Origin: an uncultured Bacteroidales bacterium
GTDB taxonomy: Bacteria; Bacteroidota; Bacteroidia; Bacteroidales; WCHB1-69
Direction: 5' to 3'
NCBI GenBank assembly: GCA_900317715.1
Contig: ONHS01000004.1
Location: forward strand, 18,481-82,480
DNA: 64,000 nucleotides
Of the stretch, positions 8,301-16,562 are shown piece after piece. The notes below the pieces were generated by a model. It had not been told where the DNA came from and ran no database searches. It saw only the letters and a list, made by a program, of their open reading frames with translations. Both the position numbers and the translations under genes were made by a program. Numbering within the stretch: position 1 is the first letter of the stretch; each line of letters starts with the position of its first letter.

Positions 8301-9890
8301 ATGTACACAAACGAACAAGGACTTTACGTGGCGCATTGCGAAGAGGGTGCGCTTTCCATTCAAGCTAAGATGGCCAACCGGCACGGTTTGATTGCCGGTG
8401 CGACAGGTACGGGTAAGACCGTCAGTTTGCAAGTGCTGGCCGAAACATTCTCACAAATTGGTGTGCCTTGCTTCATGGCCGACATGAAAGGTGACCTTTC
8501 CGGTATCAGTCAAAAGGGCCAGATGAGCGGTTTTATTGAGAAGCGTCTTCCCGAATTCGGTCTCGAAAGTCCTGAGTTTCAGGCTTGCCCGGTGCGCTTT
8601 TACGATGTCTTTGGCGAACAGGGCCATCCGATTCGCGCCACCATCTCACAGATGGGACCGCAATTGCTGTCGCGACTGCTTGGCCTTAACGAAACGCAGG
8701 ACGGCGTGCTCAACATCGTCTTCCGCATCGCCGACGAGCGTGGGCTGATGATCATCGACCTCAAGGATTTGCGGGCCATGCTGGAGTATGTCTCCAAACA
8801 TGCCAAAGAATATACGACGAAGTACGGCAATGTCTCTTCAGCCTCTATCGGCGCCATCCAACGCGCGCTGTTGCAGTTGGAAGCGCAAGGGGCGGACAAA
8901 TTCCTCGGAGAGCCGAGCTTTGACATCTATGACCTGATCCAGACCGAAAATGGCAAGGGCGTGATGAGCGTTTTGGCCGCTGACAAGCTGATGATGCAGC
9001 CGAAACTCTATAGTACTTTCCTGCTGTGGTTGCTTTCCGAACTCTACACCACGCTTCCTGAAGTCGGCGATTTGGACCAGCCGAAGCTCGTCTTCTTTTT
9101 CGACGAGGCGCACACCTTGTTTGAAGATACCTCTAAAGCCCTGATTGACAAGATAGAACAGGTAATCCGTCTGATTCGAAGCAAGGGCGTGGGTATCTAT
9201 TTCATCACCCAATATCCGACTGATATTCCGGACAACATCCTTGGACAGCTCGGTAACCGCATTCAACACGCTTTGCGTGCCTATACGCCTAAGGATCAGA
9301 AAGCGGTGCGCACAGCAGCCGACACCTTCCGTGCCAATCCGGCGTTCAAAACCGACGAGGCCATCATGAACTTGGAAACCGGCGAAGCTTTGGTTAGCTT
9401 TTTGGACGAGAAGGGAGCGCCGGGCATCGTGCAACGCGCGAAAGTCCTCTTCCCACTGTCGCAAATCGGTGCTATCACCGAGGGACAGCGGATGGACATT
9501 ATCAAGCAGAGCCGCGTCTATGGCAAATACGACACGCCTGTGGATAACGAAAGTGCTTTTGAAATGCTGATTAAAGAGGCGGAAGAGGCTTTGGCTGCAC
9601 AAGAAGAGGAAAAAGCAGCCATCGAAGAGGCCAAGCAGGAGAAGAAAGAAGAGAAGAAAGGGACGAAGAAACAAGGCGTTCTCGGCAAGGTCCTCAAAGC
9701 GATCATCACCGCCATTACGGCCACCATCGCCTCCGCAGTGGGCACCGCCGTCAGCGACAAAGTGACCGGCAAGAAGACAAAGTCCAAAACCTCCACCAAG
9801 GAAAAAGTGATCAAAAACACCACCTCGGCGGCCACCAGAACGATTACGAGAGAGATTTCGAGGGATATTCTGGGGAACATATTAAAATAG
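8301..9890 (+). CDS. HerA-like ATPase, DUF853 (YjgR-like) family
   Basis: 529 aa. Walker A (GATGTGKT), Walker B-like (LVFFFDEAH), YjgR-like N-terminus. Lys/Glu-rich linker and a hydrophobic, Lys-rich C-terminal tail. Confidence 0.8.
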   Translation: MYTNEQGLYVAHCEEGALSIQAKMANRHGLIAGATGTGKTVSLQVLAETFSQIGVPCFMADMKGDLSGISQKGQMSGFIEKRLPEFGLESPEFQACPVRFYDVFGEQGHPIRATISQMGPQLLSRLLGLNETQDGVLNIVFRIADERGLMIIDLKDLRAMLEYVSKHAKEYTTKYGNVSSASIGAIQRALLQLEAQGADKFLGEPSFDIYDLIQTENGKGVMSVLAADKLMMQPKLYSTFLLWLLSELYTTLPEVGDLDQPKLVFFFDEAHTLFEDTSKALIDKIEQVIRLIRSKGVGIYFITQYPTDIPDNILGQLGNRIQHALRAYTPKDQKAVRTAADTFRANPAFKTDEAIMNLETGEALVSFLDEKGAPGIVQRAKVLFPLSQIGAITEGQRMDIIKQSRVYGKYDTPVDNESAFEMLIKEAEEALAAQEEEKAAIEEAKQEKKEEKKGTKKQGVLGKVLKAIITAITATIASAVGTAVSDKVTGKKTKSKTSTKEKVIKNTTSAATRTITREISRDILGNILK

Positions 9891-9893
9891 TGA

Positions 9894-9968
9894 GTAGTTA
9901 GCAGTTAGAAGTTAGCAGTTAAGCTCCGATGCCGAATCACTACTAACTACTAACTGCTACCTGCTAAC
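9894..9968. repeat. inverted heptamer arms (GCAGTTA-type x4, 19-nt spacer, TGCTAAC/TACTAAC-type x4)
   Basis: Left arm 9894-9921, right arm 9941-9968. They can pair over about 25 bp with 3 mismatches. Confidence 0.85.
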
Positions 9969-9989
9969 TCAACATAGCTATTTCAAAAA

Positions 9990-11036
9990 ATGCGCAAAGT
10001 ATTAGTTATATATACTGGCGGAACCATCGGCATGATGATGGATCCGGAAACGAAGTCCCTGAAACCGTTCGAGTTCAAGGACGTTCATCAGCAGTTGCCT
10101 ATGTTGTCTCTGTTGGACACGGAGTTGACATTTGAGTCGCTGTTGCCGCTGATCGACTCTTCCGACACCAATCCGGATTTCTGGATTCGGTTGGCGAAGG
10201 TGATAGGGGAGAACTACGACCATTTCGACGGTTTCGTGGTGTTGCACGGCACCGATACGATGGCCTACACCGCATCGGCGTTGAGCTTCCTGTTGGAGAA
10301 CTTGGCGAAGCCCGTCATCCTCACAGGCTCGCAACTTCCCTTGGGCGTTATCCGTACCGATGGAAGGCGCAACATATTGAATGCCATAGAGTTTGCCTCT
10401 GCCGTGCAAGACGGGCACCCGATGATTCGCGAGGTGTGCGTCTATTTCCAGAATGCGCTCTACCGCGGTAACCGCACCTACAAGGACGATGCCGCGCGGT
10501 TCAATGCCTTCTATTCGCCAAACTATCCGAAGCTGGCCGATGTGAACACCTTCATCGACTATCACAAACGCTATCTCTTTATCCCGAACAGCAAAAATCC
10601 GCTCATCGTCCACGACAAGATGGACACCAACGTGGCGGTTCTGAAGATTTTCCCAGGCATCAGCGATGTTTTTTTGGAGACTGTTTTCCAGACCAAGGGA
10701 TTGAGGGCAGTGATCATGGAGACCTTCGGCGTGGGCAATGCGCCTACCAATCCCCACTTCTCTCGTATCCTGCAAGATGCTGTCAATCGGGGAATAGTGA
10801 TTGTGAACGTTACCCAATGCAAGGGTGGCGGCGGAGTGCTGATGGGACGCTACTACACGGGCAAGAATCTTTCCGACATTGGTGTCATCAGCGGCCATGA
10901 CATGACTACTGAAGCGGCCATCACCAAACTGATGTACCTCCTCGGCTGTTTCACCGACGTGAAGAAGATCAAGCAGGCGATGGAGGTGCCATTGCGCGGC
11001 GAGCTCACCCTGGAGGACGACATCCTCGATAATTAA
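9990..11036 (+). CDS. ansA: L-asparaginase, type I
   Basis: 348 aa. VIYTGGTIGM catalytic Thr motif, HGTDTMAYTASAL, and LRAVIMETFGVGN. Confidence 0.9.
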   Translation: MRKVLVIYTGGTIGMMMDPETKSLKPFEFKDVHQQLPMLSLLDTELTFESLLPLIDSSDTNPDFWIRLAKVIGENYDHFDGFVVLHGTDTMAYTASALSFLLENLAKPVILTGSQLPLGVIRTDGRRNILNAIEFASAVQDGHPMIREVCVYFQNALYRGNRTYKDDAARFNAFYSPNYPKLADVNTFIDYHKRYLFIPNSKNPLIVHDKMDTNVAVLKIFPGISDVFLETVFQTKGLRAVIMETFGVGNAPTNPHFSRILQDAVNRGIVIVNVTQCKGGGGVLMGRYYTGKNLSDIGVISGHDMTTEAAITKLMYLLGCFTDVKKIKQAMEVPLRGELTLEDDILDN

Positions 11037-11091
11037 TAAAACCTCTTCCTTAAGCAGCCTCGAAGAGGCAACACGCACGCAGTGCAAGTAA

Positions 11092-11119
11092 CCCCACACA
11101 AGCGAAGCGCAGTGTGGGG
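11092..11119. repeat. REP-like hairpin CCCCACAC-N12-GTGTGGGG, copy 1
   Basis: 8-bp perfect stem. The loop AAGCGAAGCGCA contains a GCG-AAG-CGC mini-hairpin. Confidence 0.8.
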
Positions 11120-11129
11120 ATGATGAGAA

Positions 11130-11156
11130 CCCCACAAGGCGAAGCGCAGTGTGGGG
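11130..11156. repeat. REP-like hairpin, copy 2 (tandem)
   Basis: CCCCACA aggcgaagcgcag TGTGGGG. Nearly identical to copy 1 and lies 10 nt downstream of it. Confidence 0.8.
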
Positions 11157-11177
11157 AAACAACAAAACCACAAACCA

Positions 11178-12674
11178 ATGGCGAACAACGAAGTCAAGAA
11201 ACTGGCCGGACAGACGGCCATATACGGCGGTACCACCGTGCTCAGCAGGCTGCTCAACTACCTGCTCGTGCCGCTCCACACCTATCTTTTCAGCAACGCC
11301 GCCGACTACGGTGTCGTGGGCGAGCTCTACGCCTGGACGAGCCTCTTCATCGTGATCCTCACCTACGGCATGGAGACCGCCTTCTTCAAGTTCTCGCAGG
11401 ACGACGAAATCAAGGACCGCGTCTATACCACTGTTGTAGGGTCACTGCTCTGCACCTCCACACTCTTCATCGTGCTCTGCGGAATCTACTCGCAGCCCAT
11501 CGCCGATTGGCTCCAATACCCGAATCATCCCGAATACGTGCGCTGGTTCTCCGTGATCATCGGCGTGGATGCGCTCACCTCCATCTTCTTCGCGCACCTG
11601 CGGTTCCAGAACCGGGCGATGACCTTCGCAGCGGTGAAAATCACCAACATCCTCGTCAACGTGCTGCTCAACCTCTTCTTCCTGCTGCTCTGTCCGTGGC
11701 TGCTCACCAAGAACCCCGACTCCGCCTTCGTCAACGCCATCTACAACCCTGAAATCGGGGTCGGCTACATCTTCATCGCCAACCTCGTGGCCAGCGTCGT
11801 CACCCTGCTGATGCTCTTCCCGGGCATCTTCAAGCAGAAATTCGTCTTCGACTGGCAGCTGTGGAAGAAGATGTTCCGCTACGCCTTCCCGTTGCTGATT
11901 TTCGGTCTGGCCGGCATCGTTAACGAGACGATGGACCGCGTGTTGCTCAAGCGGCTGTCGCTTGCCCCCGATCCGCAAGCCTCCGTGGGTATCTACAGCG
12001 CTTGCTACAAGATCTCTATTATGATGACCATCTTCATCCAAGCCTTCAAGTACGCCGCCGAGCCCTTCTTCTTCCGCAAAGCGAAAGACAAGGACGCGAA
12101 GGAGACCTACGCCGAGGTGATGACCGCCTTCGTGCTGGTCTGCTCCGTCATCTTCGTTGGCATCATGCTCTATATGGACCTCGTGCAGTATTTCGTGGGC
12201 GCGACCTACCGTGTGGGTCTGTCCATCGTGCCCATACTGCTGATGGCCAACCTCTTCCTCGGCATCTTCTACAACCTTTCGATCTGGTACAAGCTCACCG
12301 GTCAGACCAAGTTCGGGGCCTACATCGCCCTCTTCGGCGCGGCCATCACGCTGGTGCTCAACTGGATATTAATCCCGCGTTTCGACTATATGGGTGCTGC
12401 CTGGACCACCTTCGCCTGCTACCTCTCCATGATGGTCGTCTCCTACCTCCTCGGACAGAAGTACTACCATGTGGATTACGACCTCAAGCGCATCCTCTTC
12501 TACCTCTTCTTTGCAGTGGCAGTGTATGGCTTGAGCGTCGGGGTCAACAAACTCTTCGGCATCGAGAGCATGGGTGTCCGTTTAGTGGTCAACACGGTGA
12601 TTTTGATCGGATATTTGGCGGTGTTAGGATTGATGAACAAGGAGATGGTGCGGGGGATAATCCGCCGGAAATAA
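11178..12674 (+). CDS. polysaccharide/oligosaccharide flippase (MOP/Wzx-like, polysaccharide biosynthesis protein)
   Basis: About 499 aa and polytopic (12-14 TM). The N-terminus KKLAGQTAIYGGTTVLSRLLNYLLVP is typical of this family. ATG 11178 preferred over the GTG at 11151, which lies in a hairpin repeat. Confidence 0.8.
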   Translation: MANNEVKKLAGQTAIYGGTTVLSRLLNYLLVPLHTYLFSNAADYGVVGELYAWTSLFIVILTYGMETAFFKFSQDDEIKDRVYTTVVGSLLCTSTLFIVLCGIYSQPIADWLQYPNHPEYVRWFSVIIGVDALTSIFFAHLRFQNRAMTFAAVKITNILVNVLLNLFFLLLCPWLLTKNPDSAFVNAIYNPEIGVGYIFIANLVASVVTLLMLFPGIFKQKFVFDWQLWKKMFRYAFPLLIFGLAGIVNETMDRVLLKRLSLAPDPQASVGIYSACYKISIMMTIFIQAFKYAAEPFFFRKAKDKDAKETYAEVMTAFVLVCSVIFVGIMLYMDLVQYFVGATYRVGLSIVPILLMANLFLGIFYNLSIWYKLTGQTKFGAYIALFGAAITLVLNWILIPRFDYMGAAWTTFACYLSMMVVSYLLGQKYYHVDYDLKRILFYLFFAVAVYGLSVGVNKLFGIESMGVRLVVNTVILIGYLAVLGLMNKEMVRGIIRRK

Positions 12675-12691
12675 TTGTAATAATCTGAATT

Positions 12692-12982
12692 ATGCTGAGA
12701 ATATTCTGGGTCATTTTTGCCATATATGCCATTTTGTTTGTGGTATTGATGTATTTAAGGTATAAAATGATTTTCATTTTGGAAGAACATGGCGTGCGCA
12801 TATCCAAATTTGCACCCGTAAATACCGTTGTTGTTCAATTCAGGAGATTGTTACAGACACAAGATGTGGAGGAATTATCGCCAAATTTCAAGAAATACGC
12901 CGTTACGATAGCCTGGACATGTTGGTATTCGGCGATGTTAATTCTCGTTGGCGTTTTTGTTTACGGGGTGTTTTTGTGGTAG
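12692..12982 (+). CDS. hypothetical small membrane protein
   Basis: 96 aa. Two hydrophobic helices at the N- and C-termini. Visibly lower GC than neighbouring genes. No recognisable family. Confidence 0.45.
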   Translation: MLRIFWVIFAIYAILFVVLMYLRYKMIFILEEHGVRISKFAPVNTVVVQFRRLLQTQDVEELSPNFKKYAVTIAWTCWYSAMLILVGVFVYGVFLW

Positions 12983-13039
12983 CATTTCTGATGGACCCTT
13001 CAGCCCTGACAAGTCTGGTCTGCAGACAGAAAGCGCATG

Positions 13040-13256
13040 TTATACCAGACAAACCCTACGCAACTCTTCGGAGAAACGTGTGATTCCCTCTTGGATACGT
13101 TGAACTGTTTTCGATGACGGGCGGCTTTTCCCCGTGGCATAATGACTGAGCTGATGCCGGTTTATACCTGTAATAGTTTGCAAAAATGAAACCGATTTTG
13201 TGTTTATGTTGCGGCACCGCAGTGTAGCTGCCGTCATTGTTTCGTTCTATGATCAT
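13040..13256 (-). pseudogene. decayed HicB-like antitoxin / HTH protein (frameshifted, internally deleted)
   Basis: Two overlapping minus-strand ORFs in different frames. One starts MIIERNNDGSYTAVPQ (HicB-like N-terminus). The other carries GINRHQLSHYATGKSRPSSKTVQRIQEGITRFSEEL, a C-terminal HTH pattern I recall from roughly 130-aa Bacteroidales HicB-family proteins. The combined length is only about 70 codons. Confidence 0.5.
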
Positions 13257-13282
13257 CGTGAGGTTTTCTATTATTAATTCAC

Positions 13283-13795
13283 TTATACAAAACGTGTTAG
13301 ATTAAAATACATAGGGACGGTTTCTGCATTATCTCTGTCGGATTTTCGCAGCAGGTGGAAACCGTTTTGTTCGTAAAAGTTCACGGCTGAGGGTAAAGCA
13401 TCCACTGTCACAAAGCAACATCCTGTGCGATTATTCGTAATAAAGGCCTTTTTTACAAAGTTAAGAATGGACGTGCCCAAACCTTGTTCCTTAAATCGAT
13501 AGTCCACACCTAAACGACCAATTTTGACGGCTGGGTAATCGCTGCGATGTTTGCGGTGGGGAAAGGCATTTTTTATCCGTCGCCATGTGGCTTTGTCACT
13601 TTCGGCCAAAGAAATACGGTCGTTAGACAGCGAAAAAAAAGCAGCAATTCCATTATCGGATTCAATGAGATATGTAACAGCCAACAGCCTTGATGCGTAC
13701 TCTTTTGCATCTGTAAGCAGAAAATCATTCAAGTCGGACTCTCCACAGTCAAAAGAGCCAAACTGATAGTCCGGCGAAAGACGTATTATTCTCAT
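13283..13795 (-). CDS. GNAT-family acetyltransferase toxin (TacT/KacT/AtaT-like type II TA toxin)
   Basis: 170 aa. FDCGESDLNDFLLTDAKEYA near the N-terminus, PAVKIGRLGVDYRFKEQGLGTSIL acetyl-CoA region. Starts 10 nt downstream of a small upstream ORF. Confidence 0.75.
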   Translation of the reverse strand: MRIIRLSPDYQFGSFDCGESDLNDFLLTDAKEYASRLLAVTYLIESDNGIAAFFSLSNDRISLAESDKATWRRIKNAFPHRKHRSDYPAVKIGRLGVDYRFKEQGLGTSILNFVKKAFITNNRTGCCFVTVDALPSAVNFYEQNGFHLLRKSDRDNAETVPMYFNLTRFV

Positions 13796-13805
13796 GAAAA
13801 GGACG

Positions 13806-13964
13806 TTAGAAAACGAAAGTTAACATAGATTCAAGGAATGCGGCTCCTTGCTCAACACTTTTCTTTTCCTCTTCTGAGGCTTTAGTGCTATTCTCCATTT
13901 CTGAGACGAATTCAAACGCATCGTCTCCTTTTAATACCGGGGTTGCTTCAATTGGTTTTGCCAT
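13806..13964 (-). CDS. putative antitoxin partner of the GNAT toxin (small acidic protein, not obviously DUF1778)
   Basis: 52 aa from ATG 13964 (MAKPIEATPVLKGDDAFEFVSEMENSTKASEEEKKS...). A -7 box lies 35 nt upstream and the stop is 10 nt before the toxin start. The function is inferred from position only. Confidence 0.5.
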   Translation of the reverse strand: MAKPIEATPVLKGDDAFEFVSEMENSTKASEEEKKSVEQGAAFLESMLTFVF

Positions 13965-13998
13965 AATTTCTTTATCTATTTTGTTTTTAAATCGGTTG

Positions 13999-14006
13999 CA
14001 AAAATA
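13999..14006 (-). promoter_or_regulatory. -7 box TAttTTTG for the antitoxin-toxin operon
   Basis: The reverse complement of caaaaata matches. Lies 35 nt upstream of ATG 13964. Confidence 0.6.
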
Positions 14007-14080
14007 CAAAAAAATCTAAACAATCATTTGATTGTATATTATTTTTTCAAAAAAAAATCGACGCGTGTGATTTTTCGGGG

Positions 14081-14088
14081 TATCTTTG
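14081..14088 (+). promoter_or_regulatory. -7 box TAtcTTTG for the sigma/TM gene
   Basis: tatctttg, 29 nt before ATG 14117. Confidence 0.6.
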
Positions 14089-14116
14089 CGATATATTCTA
14101 TACAAAGCGGATAATA

Positions 14117-14857
14117 ATGAAGGAAACGGCTTTTTTGGAACTAATCAAGGAGAATGAGCGGCAAATTCTGCATGTATGCCGATACTATTCGGCTATCGAC
14201 TCGTTGCTTTCCATTGAGGATTTGTTCCAGGAAATTCTCTATCATCTGTGGAAAAGTTACCCTAAATTCACAAAAAGACCTGACTGCAAAATCTCTACGT
14301 GGGTATATCGCGTTGCATTGAATGTTGCCATCTCATTCGCAAGAAAAAGTTCGCCAAAATGCAGTTCTATTGATGATTTGGAAACCATTGACATCGCTGA
14401 AGAGGGTCAAAGCGACATCAAAACGTTGTATGAGTTGATTGGATTGTTGGCCGAAGAGGATCAAGTGCTGCTGTTTTTGTATATAGATGGTAAAACGCAT
14501 CAAGAAATTGCGGAAATAATGGGCATGAGTACCAGCAATGTCGGGAATAAGATCTTTCATTTTCGGAAATCGGAATTCAGCAAATCGGTTGGCCAACATC
14601 TGCTTTCCCACGCATACAATCAGCTCTATTTCACATACGAACGTATGCTTTGGTTGTGGTTGCTTGCACCTGTTTTACTGGTTACGTTTCCCTTGATTGC
14701 GAGTTGGTCGATTGTTGCAAATACTTGGTTGACAATTGTTTATTTCGTCATTTCGGTGGTTTATGGTATTTTGTTATGGGTGTTCAGCAAATCATTATGG
14801 CGAAAAAAGAGTTTCTGGAAGAATGAGATCAATCGATTGTCGAATGAATTGCAATAA
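14117..14857 (+). CDS. ECF-type sigma-70 factor with C-terminal transmembrane extension
   Basis: Region 2 (DLFQEILYHLWKSYPKF...STWVYRVALNVAISFARK) and region 4 (LLFLYIDGKTHQEIAEIMGMSTSNVGNKI) are followed in frame by about 90 aa containing two hydrophobic helices. Confidence 0.75.
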   Translation: MKETAFLELIKENERQILHVCRYYSAIDSLLSIEDLFQEILYHLWKSYPKFTKRPDCKISTWVYRVALNVAISFARKSSPKCSSIDDLETIDIAEEGQSDIKTLYELIGLLAEEDQVLLFLYIDGKTHQEIAEIMGMSTSNVGNKIFHFRKSEFSKSVGQHLLSHAYNQLYFTYERMLWLWLLAPVLLVTFPLIASWSIVANTWLTIVYFVISVVYGILLWVFSKSLWRKKSFWKNEINRLSNELQ

Positions 14858-14908
14858 GGCGAAAGTCCCTGCCTACAAATGGGAAGTTAACAACGAAAAG
14901 ATTACATT

Positions 14909-15253
14909 ATGAACAAAAAATTCGAGATTTTGAACTTGTTTTGGGGAGCACTTGGCATCCTGCTGATATGCGTTTTCCAAAATGGCTGGGGAGCTGCTCC
15001 GGCCGTAGGACTGGCCGTCACAAGCGTTTTCTTTATCCGCCGGGAGTCTTCTGAAGAGGAACTTTCCATGGCAATGAAGCAAAAAAGACGTACGATCAAC
15101 ATCATTTCCGTGGTCTGTTGGGCCATTGCTGCCATATTGTGCTACTTTCTGTCAACTAACCTGCGTGAAAACGGTTTATGGTTTGTTTTGGCCTCCTACA
15201 TTTTTCTGGTTGTTCACGGGGTGTTGTTTGTTTCGTTCTGCACGCACGCCTGA
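14909..15253 (+). CDS. hypothetical membrane protein
   Basis: 114 aa, four predicted hydrophobic helices, directly downstream of the sigma/TM gene. Confidence 0.5.
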   Translation: MNKKFEILNLFWGALGILLICVFQNGWGAAPAVGLAVTSVFFIRRESSEEELSMAMKQKRRTINIISVVCWAIAAILCYFLSTNLRENGLWFVLASYIFLVVHGVLFVSFCTHA

Positions 15254-15288
15254 CGGCGTGCGAATTAAGACGCTGGAAGCGTCTTCTC

Positions 15289-15314
15289 CTACCGAGCTTT
15301 CGCCCCTAACGGGG
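15289..15314. repeat. 26-nt element CTACCRAGCTTT..CCCCTRACGGGG, copy 1
   Basis: ctaccgagctttcgcccctaacgggg, containing the hairpin CCCC-TAAC-GGGG. Confidence 0.7.
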
Positions 15315-15341
15315 CTTGGAGAAACGGGCCTTGTCACCGTT

Positions 15342-15366
15342 CTACCAAGCTTTGACCCCTGACGGG
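15342..15366. repeat. 26-nt element, copy 2 (direct)
   Basis: ctaccaagctttgacccctgacggg. Confidence 0.7.
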
Positions 15367-15402
15367 ACATCCCACTTACGCGAAAAATTTCCGATTCCCC
15401 AT

Positions 15403-15451
15403 TAACTGCTAACTACTAACTGCTAACTAATCACTGTTCCCTGTTCCCTGA
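15403..15451. repeat. heptanucleotide array (TAACTGC, TAACTAC, TAACTGC, TAACTAA, TCACTGT, TCCCTGT, TCCCTGA)
   Basis: 7 in-phase units upstream of the propeller gene. Confidence 0.9.
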
Positions 15452-15459
15452 AAAATTTG

Positions 15460-15467
15460 TATTTTCG
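15460..15467 (+). promoter_or_regulatory. variant -7 box TAttTTCG for the propeller gene
   Basis: ttgtattttcgccc. The same variant context recurs at 39855. One mismatch to the consensus. Confidence 0.4.
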
Positions 15468-15491
15468 CCCCGAATTCTAAAACGTAAAAAT

Positions 15492-16454
15492 ATGATAAAA
15501 TACGTGAGAACCCTGATGGCGATTTGTTTGTGCGTAATATCGAGTGCGTTGTGTACCGGACAGAACGTGAAGATTTACGACACCTCCAATTCCGGACTGA
15601 TTGACAATGACCTTTGGGCCGTGGTAGTGGATCATGACGGCAACAAATGGTTGGGTACCGTCAAATACGGGTTGATCAAATTCGACGGCGACACGTTCAC
15701 CGTTTTCAACAAAGAGAACTCCGCCGTCAAAGGCGATTGCGTGACGACGCTGTTCGTGGATTCAAAAGGAAACCTTTGGGCAGAATATTCACGCCCGGAG
15801 GAGGGAATCGTCAAGTTTGATGGTAAAAATTGGACGGTTTTCACAGCTGCCAGCTTGGGAGTTGAAAACATAGATGTGCGAGACATCCGCGAAACCTCCG
15901 ACGGAGCAATATGGTTCGCTTTTCCTGGCAAAGCGGTGATTTACAAAGACGGATCTTGGTCCACGATGAAAATCCCCTACGATAATATTCTCTGCATGGA
16001 TGTTCGGGAAGACGGTACCATCGCCGTGGGTTGCGATGTGCAGTTGCTCATTTACTCGAACGGGAAATGGAAAAAATACACGGAGAAGAATTCCGAACTG
16101 CAATTGGGCACCATCCGCGGGCTGAAGTTCCGTCCCGACGGCGCTTTGATAATCGGTTATGGCGGTGGTTTCGGCGGCGGTGGACTCTCCGTGCTGAGCA
16201 GCAACCTCAAAGTGTGGACCCACTACAATAAGTCCAACTCTCGGATTCCCGACCACATGATCCGCGACATTGAATACGACGGCAAAAACTACTGGATGGC
16301 CTCAAACAACGGATTGGTGAAAAAGGACGGGGTTGACATCTCTGCGGTTTTCTTCAGAGAAGGGATGTTCAAAAATGTGATCTCTGACATCGCCCTCGAG
16401 GGCAAAACCCTATGGATTGCCACCAATTTCGGTCTAATCAAATATGAACCATAA
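15492..16454 (+). CDS. beta-propeller protein with two-component-regulator propeller (Reg_prop-like) repeats
   Basis: Signal peptide. Repeated units of the type D..G..W.GT..GL.KFDG..W..F. Confidence 0.7.
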   Translation: MIKYVRTLMAICLCVISSALCTGQNVKIYDTSNSGLIDNDLWAVVVDHDGNKWLGTVKYGLIKFDGDTFTVFNKENSAVKGDCVTTLFVDSKGNLWAEYSRPEEGIVKFDGKNWTVFTAASLGVENIDVRDIRETSDGAIWFAFPGKAVIYKDGSWSTMKIPYDNILCMDVREDGTIAVGCDVQLLIYSNGKWKKYTEKNSELQLGTIRGLKFRPDGALIIGYGGGFGGGGLSVLSSNLKVWTHYNKSNSRIPDHMIRDIEYDGKNYWMASNNGLVKKDGVDISAVFFREGMFKNVISDIALEGKTLWIATNFGLIKYEP

Positions 16455-16562
16455 TGTGTTATATGCCCGCACATTATTTGGACGTAGTCAATCGCAAAAA
16501 CAGGTGAAAAAAAACGAGAATGAAAAATAGAAAGAACGTTATAGTATTAAATTAAAATCAAG

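Noticed and set aside
10002-11279. 425-aa minus-strand ORF opposite ansA
   Set aside because: Shadow ORF antisense to an unmistakable L-asparaginase. It also runs through the REP-like hairpins and has a low-complexity, Arg/His/Gln-rich translation.
11114-12688. Alternative-frame plus-strand ORFs (212 aa and 228 aa) within the flippase gene
   Set aside because: They give Arg/Pro/His-rich nonsense translations in the +1/+2 frames of a well-supported 12-14 TM transporter.
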